Source of the DNA: the human T2T-CHM13v2.0 reference genome, Homo sapiens
DNA: 64,000 bases
NCBI RefSeq assembly: GCF_009914755.1
Contig: NC_060947.1
Strand: one strand, 5' to 3'
Of this stretch, positions 23,802 to 35,120 are shown in pieces. Positions within the stretch are counted from its first letter, which is position 1. Every line of letters begins with the position of its first letter. A program made the translations under genes and the position numbers. The notes under the pieces are model-generated. The model searched no databases. It was given only the letters and a program-made list of their open reading frames with translations, and was not told where the DNA came from.

Positions 23802-25858
23802 GGATCCCACAGAAAGAGTGTTTCGAAACTGCTGTTTCAAAAGGAATCTTCAACTCTGTGAGTTGAATGCAATCATCACAAAGAAGTTTCTGACAATGCT
23901 TCTCTCTCGTCTTCCTGTGAAGATAAAGGAAAAGGCTTTCAGGCCTTTTCCACCACAGGCCTGAAAGCGCTCCAAATGTCCACTTGCAGATTCTGCCAAA
24001 AGAATATTTCAAAACTGCTCTATGAAAAGCAATGTTAAACTCTGTGGCTCGAACACAAACATCACAAAGCAGTTTCTGAGAATGCTTCAGTTTAGTTTTT
24101 CTGTGGAAATATTCCCGTTTCCAAAGAAATCTTCAAAGAGGTCCACGTATCCACTTACAGATTCTACAAAAAGACAGTTTCAAAACTGCTCCATCAAAAG
24201 GAGGGTTCAACTGTGTGACTTGAATGCAATCATCACTCAGAAGTTTCTGAGAATGCTTCTCTTTAGTTTTTACGTGAACATATACGCGTTTCGAACGAAG
24301 GCCACCCAGTGGTCCAAATATCCACTTGCAGATTCTACAGAAAGAGTGTTTCGAACCTGAACTCTCAAAGGCAGGTTCATCTCTGCGAGTTAAATGCATT
24401 CATCATGAAGAACTTTCTCAGAGTGTTTGTGTTTAGTTATGGGAAATTATTCCCGTTTCCAACGAAATCCTCAGGGAGCTCCAAATATCCACCTGCAGAT
24501 TCTACCAAAAGTGTATTTGGAAACTGCTCCATCAAAAGGCATGTTCAGCTCTGTGAGTGAAACTCCATCATCACAAAGAATATTCTGAGAATGCTTCCGT
24601 TTGCCTTTTATATGAACTTCCTTCCTGTACTACCGTAGGCCTCAAAGCAGTCCAAATCTCCATTTGCAGATTCTACAAAAAGAGTGATTCCAATCTGCTC
24701 TATCAATAGGATTGTTCAACTCCATGAGTTGAATGCCATCCTCACAAAGTAGTTTCTGAGAATGCTTCTATCTGGTTTTTGTGTGAAGATATTTCCTTTT
24801 CCACCACAGGCCTCAAAGCCCTCCAAACGTCCACTTGCAGATTCTCGAAAAAGAGTGTTTCATAGCTGCTCTTTCAAAAGGAAAGTTCAACTCTGGGAGT
24901 TGAATACAAACATCACAAAATAGTTTCCAAGAATGCTTCTGTTTAGTTTTTATGTGAAGATGATCCCGTTTCCAGTGAAATCTTCAAAGAGGTCCACATA
25001 TCCCCTTGCAGATTCCAAAGAAAGAGGGTTTCAAAACTGCTCCATCAAAAGGATTGTTCAACTCTGTGAGTTGAATGCAGTCATCGCAGAAAACTTTCTG
25101 AGAATGCTTCTGTCTAGGTTTGATGTGAAGATATAGACGTTTCAAACGAAGGCTACACAGTGGTCAAAATATACACTTGCAGATTCTACTACAAGGGTGT
25201 TGCAAACCTGAACTATCAAAGGAAGGTTCAACTCTGTGAGTTGAATACAAACATCACAAAGAATGTTCTGAGTTTGCTTCCGTTCAGTTATGGGAAGTTG
25301 ATCCCGTTTCCAGCGAAATCCTCAGAGAGGTCCATATATCCCCTTGCAGATTCTACAAAACGTGTGTTTGGAAACTGCTCCATCATAACGAATGTTCAGC
25401 TCCCTGAGTTAAACTCCATCGTCACAAAGAATTTTCTGAGAGTGCTACCGTCTGGTTTTTATATGAAGTTCTTTCCTTTACTACCATAGGCCTCAAAGCG
25501 GTCCAAATCTCCACTTGCAGATTCTACAAAAAGAGTGTTTGCAAACTGCTCTATCAAAAGGAATGTTCAACCCTGGGAGTTGAATGCAATCATCACAGAG
25601 CAGTTTCTGAGAATGCTTCTATGTCGTTTTTAGGAGAAGATATTTCCTTTTCCAACACAGTCCTCCAAGCCCGCTAAATAGCCACTTGCACATTGTAGAA
25701 AAAGTGTGTCAAAGCTGCGCTATCGAAGGGAAAGTTCAACTCTGAGAGGTGAATGCAAACATCCCAAAGAAGTTTCTGAGAGTGCTTCCGTTTAGCTTTT
25801 AGGTGAAGATTATCCCGTTTCCAACAAAACCTTCAAAGAGGTCCAAATATCCCCTTGG

Positions 25859-27574
25859 GGATCCCACAGAAAGAGTGTTTCAAAACTGCTGTTTCAAAAG
25901 GAATCTTCAACTCTGTGAGTTGAATGCAATCATCACAAAGAAGTTTCTGACAATGCTTCTCTCTCGTCTTTCTGTGAAGGTAAAGGAAAAGGCTTTCAGG
26001 CCTTTTCCACCACAGGCCTGAAAGCGCTCCAAATGTCCACTTGCAGATTCTGCGAAAAGAATATTTCAAAACTGCTCTATGAAAAGCAATGTTAAACTCT
26101 GTGGCTCGAACACAAACATCACAAAGCAGTTTCTGAGAATGCTTCAGTTTAGTTTTTCTGTGGAAATATTCCCGTTTCCAAAGAAATCTTCAAAGAGGTC
26201 CACGTATCCACTTACAGATTCTACAAAAAGACAGTTTCAAAACTGCTCCATCAAAAGGAGGGTTCAACTGTGTGACTTGAATGCAATCATCACTCAGAAG
26301 TTTCTGAGAATGCTTCTCTTTAGTTTTTACGTGAACATATACCCGTTTCGAACGAACGCCACCCAGTGGTCCAAATATCCACTTGCAGATTCTACAGAAA
26401 GAGTGTTTCGAACCTGAACTCTCAAAGGCAGGTTCATCTCTGCGAGTTAAATGCATTCATCATGAAGAACTTTCTCAGAGTGTTTGTGTTTAGTTATGGG
26501 AAATTATTCCCGTTTCCAACGAAATCCTCAGAGTGGTCCAAATATCCACCTGCAGATTCTACCAAAAGTGTATTTGGAATCTGCTCCATCAAAAGGCATG
26601 TTCAGCTCTGTGAGTGAAACTCCATCATCACAAAGAATATTCTGAGAATGCTTCCGTTTGCCTTTTATATGAAGTTCCTTCCTGTACTACCGTAGGCCTC
26701 AAAGCAGTCCAAATCTCCATTTGCAGATTCTACAAAAAGAGTGATTCCAATCTGCTCTATCAATAGGATTGTTCAACTCCATGAGTTGAATGCCATCCTC
26801 ACAAAGTAGTTTCTGAGAATGCTTCTATCTGGTTTTTGTGTGAAGATATTTCCTTTTCCACCACAGGCCTCAAAGCCCTCCAAACGTCCACTTGCAGATT
26901 CTCGAAAAAGAGTGTTTCATAGCTGCTCTTTCAAAAGGAAAGTTCAACTCTGGGAGTTGAATACAAACATCACAAAGAATGTTCTGAGTTTGCTTCCGTT
27001 CAGTTATGGGAAGTTGATCCCGTTTCCAACGAAATCCTCAGAGAGGTCCAAATATCCCCTTGCAGATTCTACAAAACGTGTGTTTGGAAACTGCTCCATC
27101 ATAACGAATGTTCAGCTCCCTGAGTTAAACTCCATCGTCACAAAGAATTTTCTGAGAGTGCTACCGTCTGGTTTTTATATGAAGCTCTTTCCTTTACTAC
27201 CCCAGTCCTCAAAGCGGTCCAAATCTCCACTTGCAGATTCTACAAAAAGAGTGTTTGCAAACTGCTCTATCAAAAGGAATGTTCAACTCTGGGAGTTGAA
27301 TGCAATCATCACAGAGCAGTTTCTGAGAATGCTTCTATGTCGTTTTTAGGAGAAGATATTTCCTTTTCCAACACAGTCCTCCAAGCCCGCTAAATAGCCA
27401 CTTGCACATTGTAGAAAAAGTGTGTCAAAGCTGCGCTATCAAAGGGAAAGTTCAACTCTGAGAGGTGAATGCAAACATCCCAAAGAAGTTTCTGAGAGTG
27501 CTTCCGTTTAGCTTTTAGGTGAAGATTATCCCGTTTCCAACGAAACCTTCAAAGAGGTCCAAATATCCCCTTGC
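25859..27574 (-). repeat. 10-mer HOR deletion variant, copy 2 (1716 bp)
   Basis: Spacing 25803->27519; same junction at 26954. Confidence 0.93.
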
Positions 27575-29631
27575 GGATCCCACAGAAAGAGTGTTTCGAA
27601 ACTGCTGTTTCAAAAGGAATCTTCAACTCTGTGAGTTGAATGCAATCATCACAAAGAAGTTTCTGACAATGCTTCTCTCTCGTCTTCCTGTGAAGATAAA
27701 GGAAAAGGCTTTCAGGCCTTTTCCACCACAGGCCTGAAAGCGCTCCAAATGTCCACTTGCAGATTCTGCCAAAAGAATATTTCAAAACTGCTCTATGAAA
27801 AGCAATGTTAAACTCTGTGGCTCGAACACAAACATCACAAAGCAGTTTCTGAGAATGCTTCAGTTTAGTTTTTCTGTGGAAATATTCCCGTTTCCAAAGA
27901 AATCTTCAAAGAGGTCCACGTATCCACTTACAGATTCTACAAAAAGACAGTTTCAAAACTGCTCCATCAAAAGGAGGGTTCAACTGTGTGACTTGAATGC
28001 AATCATCACTCAGAAGTTTCTGAGAATGCTTCTCTTTAGTTTTTACGTGAACATATACGCGTTTCGAACGAAGGCCACCCAGTGGTCCAAATATCCACTT
28101 GCAGATTCTACAGAAAGAGTGTTTCGAACCTGAACTCTCAAAGGCAGGTTCATCTCTGCGAGTTAAATGCATTCATCATGAAGAACTTTCTCAGAGTGTT
28201 TGTGTTTAGTTATGGGAAATTATTCCCGTTTCCAACGAAATCCTCAGGGAGCTCCAAATATCCACCTGCAGATTCTACCAAAAGTGTATTTGGAAACTGC
28301 TCCATCAAAAGGCATGTTCAGCTCTGTGAGTGAAACTCCATCATCACAAAGAATATTCTGAGAATGCTTCCGTTTGCCTTTTATATGAACTTCCTTCCTG
28401 TACTACCGTAGGCCTCAAAGCAGTCCAAATCTCCATTTGCAGATTCTACAAAAAGAGTGATTCCAATCTGCTCTATCAATAGGATTGTTCAACTCCATGA
28501 GTTGAATGCCATCCTCACAAAGTAGTTTCTGAGAATGCTTCTATCTGGTTTTTGTGTGAAGATATTTCCTTTTCCACCACAGGCCTCAAAGCCCTCCAAA
28601 CGTCCACTTGCAGATTCTCGAAAAAGAGTGTTTCATAGCTGCTCTTTCAAAAGGAAAGTTCAACTCTGGGAGTTGAATACAAACATCACAAAATAGTTTC
28701 CAAGAATGCTTCTGTTTAGTTTTTATGTGAAGATGATCCCGTTTCCAGTGAAATCTTCAAAGAGGTCCACATATCCCCTTGCAGATTCCAAAGAAAGAGG
28801 GTTTCAAAACTGCTCCATCAAAAGGATTGTTCAACTCTGTGAGTTGAATGCAGTCATCGCAGAAAACTTTCTGAGAATGCTTCTGTCTAGGTTTGATGTG
28901 AAGATATAGACGTTTCAAACGAAGGCTACACAGTGGTCAAAATATACACTTGCAGATTCTACTACAAGGGTGTTGCAAACCTGAACTATCAAAGGAAGGT
29001 TCAACTCTGTGAGTTGAATACAAACATCACAAAGAATGTTCTGAGTTTGCTTCCGTTCAGTTATGGGAAGTTGATCCCGTTTCCAGCGAAATCCTCAGAG
29101 AGGTCCATATATCCCCTTGCAGATTCTACAAAACGTGTGTTTGGAAACTGCTCCATCATAACGAATGTTCAGCTCCCTGAGTTAAACTCCATCGTCACAA
29201 AGAATTTTCTGAGAGTGCTACCGTCTGGTTTTTATATGAAGTTCTTTCCTTTACTACCATAGGCCTCAAAGCGGTCCAAATCTCCACTTGCAGATTCTAC
29301 AAAAAGAGTGTTTGCAAACTGCTCTATCAAAAGGAATGTTCAACCCTGGGAGTTGAATGCAATCATCACAGAGCAGTTTCTGAGAATGCTTCTATGTCGT
29401 TTTTAGGAGAAGATATTTCCTTTTCCAACACAGTCCTCCAAGCCCGCTAAATAGCCACTTGCACATTGTAGAAAAAGTGTTTCAAAGCTGCGCTATCGAA
29501 GGGAAAGTTCAACTCTGAGAGGTGAATGCAAACATCCCAAAGAAGTTTCTGAGAGTGCTTCCGTTTAGCTTTTAGGTGAAGATTATCCCGTTTCCAACAA
29601 AACCTTCAAAGAGGTCCAAATATCCCCTTGG

Positions 29632-31347
29632 GGATCCCACAGAAAGAGTGTTTCAAAACTGCTGTTTCAAAAGGAATCTTCAACTCTGTGAGTTGAATGC
29701 AATCATCACAAAGAAGTTTCTGACAATGCTTCTCTCTCGTCTTTCTGTGAAGATAAAGGAAAAGGCTTTCAGGCCTTTTCCACCACAGGCCTGAAAGCGC
29801 TCCAAATGTCCACTTGCAGATTCTGCGAAAAGAATATTTCAAAACTGCTCTATGAAAAGCAATGTTAAACTCTGTGGCTCGAACACAAACATCACAAAGC
29901 AGTTTCTGAGAATGCTTCAGTTTAGTTTTTCTGTGGAAATATTCCCGTTTCCAAAGAAATCTTCAAAGAGGTCCACGTATCCACTTACAGATTCTACAAA
30001 AAGACAGTTTCAAAACTGCTCCATCAAAAGGAGGGTTCAACTGTGTGACTTGAATGCAATCATCACTCAGAAGTTTCTGAGAATGCTTCTCTTTAGTTTT
30101 TACGTGAACATATACCCGTTTCGAACGAACGCCACCCAGTGGTCCAAATATCCACTTGCAGATTCTACAGAAAGAGTGTTTCGAACCTGAACTCTCAAAG
30201 GCAGGTTCATCTCTGCGAGTTAAATGCATTCATCATGAAGAACTTTCTCAGAGTGTTTGTGTTTAGTTATGGGAAATTATTCCCGTTTCCAACGAAATCC
30301 TCAGAGTGGTCCAAATATCCACCTGCAGATTCTACCAAAAGTGTATTTGGAATCTGCTCCATCAAAAGGCATGTTCAGCTCTGTGAGTGAAACTCCATCA
30401 TCACAAAGAATATTCTGAGAATGCTTCCGTTTGCCTTTTATATGAAGTTCCTTCCTGTACTACCGTAGGCCTCAAAGCAGTCCAAATCTCCATTTGCAGA
30501 TTCTACAAAAAGAGTGATTCCAATCTGCTCTATCAATAGGATTGTTCAACTCCATGAGTTGAATGCCATCCTCACAAAGTAGTTTCTGAGAATGCTTCTA
30601 TCTGGTTTTTGTGTGAAGATATTTCCTTTTCCACCACAGGCCTCAAAGCCCTCCAAACGTCCACTTGCAGATTCTCGAAAAAGAGTGTTTCATAGCTGCT
30701 CTTTCAAAAGGAAAGTTCAACTCTGGGAGTTGAATACAAACATCACAAAGAATGTTCTGAGTTTGCTTCCGTTCAGTTATGGGAAGTTGATCCCGTTTCC
30801 AACGAAATCCTCAGAGAGGTCCAAATATCCCCTTGCAGATTCTACAAAACGTGTGTTTGGAAACTGCTCCATCATAACGAATGTTCAGCTCCCTGAGTTA
30901 AACTCCATCGTCACAAAGAATTTTCTGAGAGTGCTACCGTCTGGTTTTTATATGAAGCTTTTTCCTTTACTACCCCAGTCCTCAAAGCGGTCCAAATCTC
31001 CACTTGCAGATTCTACAAAAAGAGTGTTTGCAAACTGCTCTATCAAAAGGAATGTTCAACTCTGGGAGTTGAATGCAATCATCACAGAGCAGTTTCTGAG
31101 AATGCTTCTATGTCGTTTTTAGGAGAAGATATTTCCTTTTCCAACACAGTCCTCCAAGCCCGCTAAATAGCCACTTGCACATTGTAGAAAAAGTGTGTCA
31201 AAGCTGCGCTATCAAAGGGAAAGTTCAACTCTGAGAGGTGAATGCAAACATCCCAAAGAAGTTTCTGAGAGTGCTTCCGTTTAGCTTTTAGGTGAAGATT
31301 ATCCCGTTTCCAACGAAACCTTCAAAGAGGTCCAAATATCCCCTTGC
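29632..31347 (-). repeat. 10-mer HOR deletion variant, copy 3 (1716 bp)
   Basis: Spacing 29576->31292; same junction at 30727. Confidence 0.93.
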
Positions 31348-33404
31348 GGATCCCACAGAAAGAGTGTTTCGAAACTGCTGTTTCAAAAGGAATCTTCAAC
31401 TCTGTGAGTTGAATGCAATCATCACAAAGAAGTTTCTGACAATGCTTCTCTCTCGTCTTCCTGTGAAGATAAAGGAAAAGGCTTTCAGGCCTTTTCCACC
31501 ACAGGCCTGAAAGCGCTCCAAATGTCCACTTGCAGATTCTGCCAAAAGAATATTTCAAAACTGCTCTATGAAAAGCAATGTTAAACTCTGTGGCTCGAAC
31601 ACAAACATCACAAAGCAGTTTCTGAGAATGCTTCAGTTTAGTTTTTCTGTGGAAATATTCCCGTTTCCAAAGAAATCTTCAAAGAGGTCCACGTATCCAC
31701 TTACAGATTCTACAAAAAGACAGTTTCAAAACTGCTCCATCAAAAGGAGGGTTCAACTGTGTGACTTGAATGCAATCATCACTCAGAAGTTTCTGAGAAT
31801 GCTTCTCTTTAGTTTTTACGTGAACATATACGCGTTTCGAACGAAGGCCACCCAGTGGTCCAAATATCCACTTGCAGATTCTACAGAAAGAGTGTTTCGA
31901 ACCTGAACTCTCAAAGGCAGGTTCATCTCTGCGAGTTAAATGCATTCATCATGAAGAACTTTCTCAGAGTGTTTGTGTTTAGTTATGGGAAATTATTCCC
32001 GTTTCCAACGAAATCCTCAGGGAGCTCCAAATATCCACCTGCAGATTCTACCAAAAGTGTATTTGGAAACTGCTCCATCAAAAGGCATGTTCAGCTCTGT
32101 GAGTGAAACTCCATCATCACAAAGAATATTCTGAGAATGCTTCCGTTTGCCTTTTATATGAACTTCCTTCCTGTACTACCGTAGGCCTCAAAGCAGTCCA
32201 AATCTCCATTTGCAGATTCTACAAAAAGAGTGATTCCAATCTGCTCTATCAATAGGATTGTTCAACTCCATGAGTTGAATGCCATCCTCACAAAGTAGTT
32301 TCTGAGAATGCTTCTATCTGGTTTTTGTGTGAAGATATTTCCTTTTCCACCACAGGCCTCAAAGCCCTCGAAACGTCCACTTGCAGATTCTCGAAAAAGA
32401 GTGTTTCATAGCTGCTCTTTCAAAAGGAAAGTTCAACTCTGGGAGTTGAATACAAACATCACAAAGTAGTTTCCGAGAATGCTTCTGTTTAGTTTTTATT
32501 TGAAGATGATCCCGTTTCCAGTGAAATCTTCAAAGAGGTCCACATATCCCCTTGCAGATTCCAAAGAAAGAGGGTTTCAAAACTGCTCCATCAGAAGGAT
32601 TGTTCAACTCTGTGAGTTGAATGCAGTCATCGCAGAAAACTTTCTGAGAATGCTTCTGTCTAGGTTTGATGTGAAGGTATAGACGTTTCAAATGAAGGCT
32701 ACAAAGTGGTCAAAATATACACTTGCAGATTCTACTACAAGGGTGTTGCAAACCTGAACTATCAAAGGAAGGTTCAACTCTGTGAGTTGAATACAAACAT
32801 CACAAAGAATGTTCTGAGTTTGCTTCCGTTCAGTTATGGGAAGTTGATCCCGTTTCCAACGAAATCCTCAGAGAGGTCCAAATATCCCCTTGCAGATTCT
32901 ACAAAACGTGTGTTTGGAAACTGCTCCATCATAACGAATGTTCAGCTCCCTGAGTTAAACTCCATCGTCACAAAGAATTTTCTGAGAGTGCTACCGTCTG
33001 GTTTTTATATGAAGTTCTTTCCTTCACTACCACAGGCCTCAAAGCGGTCCAAATCTCCACTTGCAGATTCTACAAAAAGAGTGTTTGCAAACTGCTCTAT
33101 CAAAAGGAATGTTCAACTCTGGGAGTTGAATGCAATCATCACAGAGCAGTTTCTGAGAATGCTTCTATGTCGTTTTTAGGAGAAGATATTTCCTTTTCCA
33201 ACACAGTCCTCCAAGCCCGCTAAATAGCCACTTGCACATTGTAGAAAAAGTGTGTCAAAGCTGCGCTATCAAAGGGAAAGTTCAACTCTGTGAGGTGAAT
33301 GCAAACATCCCAAAGAAGTTTCTGAGAATGCTTCCGTTTAGCTTTTAGGTGAAGATTATCCCGTTTCCAACGAAACCTTCAAAGAGGTCCAAATATCCCC
33401 TTGT

Positions 33405-35120
33405 GGATCCCACAGAAAGAGTGTTTCGAAACTGCTGTTTCAAAAGGAATCTTCAACTCTGTGAGTTGAATGCAATCATCACAAAGAAGTTTCTGACAAT
33501 GCTTCTCTCTCGTCTTTCTGTGAAGATAAAGGAAAAGGCTTTCAGGCCTTTTCCACCACAGGCCTGAAAGCGCTCCAAATGTCCACTTGCAGATTCTGCC
33601 AAAAGAATATTTCAAAACTGCTCTATGAAAAGCAATGTTAAACTCTGTGGCTCGAACACAAACATCACAAAGCAGTTTCTGAGAATGCTTCAGTTTAGTT
33701 TTTCTGTGGAAATACTCCCGTTTCGAAAGAAATCTTCAAAGAGGTCCACGTATCCACTTACAGATTCTACAAAAAGACAGTTTCAAAACTGCTCCATCAA
33801 AAGGAGGGTTCAACTGTGTGACTTGAATGCAATCATCACTCAGAAGTTTCTGAGAATGCTTCTCTTTAGTTTTTACGTGAACATATACCCGTTTCGAACG
33901 AACGCCACCCAGTGGTCCAAATATCCACTTGCAGATTCTACAGAAAGAGTGTTTCGAACCTGAACTCTCAAAGGCAGGTTCATCTCTGCGAGTTAAATGC
34001 ATTCATCATGAAGAACTTTCTCAGAGTGTTTGTGTTTAGTTATGGGAAATTATTCCCGTTTCCAACGAAATCCTCAGAGTGGTCCAAATATCCACCTGCA
34101 GATTCTACCAAAAGTGTATTTGGAATCTGCTCCATCAAAAGGCATGTTCAGCTCTGTGAGTGAAACTCCATCATCACAAAGAATATTCTGAGAATGCTTC
34201 CGTTTGCCTTTTATATGAAGTTCCTTCCTGTACTACCGTAGGCCTCAAAGCAGTCCAAATCTCCATTTGCAGATTCTACAAAAAGAGTGATTCCAATCTG
34301 CTCTATCAATAGGATTGTTCAACTCCATGAGTTGAATGCCATCCTCACAAAGTAGTTTCTGAGAATGCTTCTATCTGGTTTTTGTGTGAAGATATTTCCT
34401 TTTCCACCACAGGCCTCAAAGCCCTCCAAACGTCCACTTGCAGATTCTCGAAAAAGAGTGTTTCATAGCTGCTCTTTCAAAAGGAAAGTTCAACTCTGGG
34501 AGTTGAATACAAACATCACAAAGAATGTTCTGAGTTTGCTTCCGTTCAGTTATGGGAAGTTGATCCCGTTTCCAACGAAATCCTCAGAGAGGTCCAAATA
34601 TCCCCTTGCAGATTCTACAAAACGTGTGTTTGGAAACTGCTCCATCATAACGAATGTTCAGCTCCCTGAGTTAAACTCCATCGTCACAAAGAATTTTCTG
34701 AGATTGCTACCGTCTGGTTTTTATATGAAGCTTTTTCCTTTACTACCCCAGTCCTCAAAGCGGTCCAAATCTCCACTTGCAGATTCTACAAAAAGAGTGT
34801 TTGCAAACTGCTCTATCAAAAGGAATGTTCAACTCTGGGAGTTGAATGCAATCATCACAGAGCAGTTTCTGAGAATGCTTCTATGTCGTTTTTAGGAGAA
34901 GATATTTCCTTTTCCAACACAGTCCTCCAAGCCCGCTAAATAGCCACTTGCACATTGTAGAAAAAGTGTGTCAAAGCTGCGCTATCAAAGGGAAAGTTCA
35001 ACTCTGAGAGGTGAATGCAAACATCCCAAAGAAGTTTCTGAGAGTGCTTCCGTTTAGCTTTTAGGTGAAGATTATCCCGTTTCCAACGAAACCTTCAAAG
35101 AGGTCCAAATATCCCCTTGC
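33405..35120 (-). repeat. 10-mer HOR deletion variant, copy 4 (1716 bp)
   Basis: Spacing 33349->35065; same junction at 34500. Confidence 0.93.
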
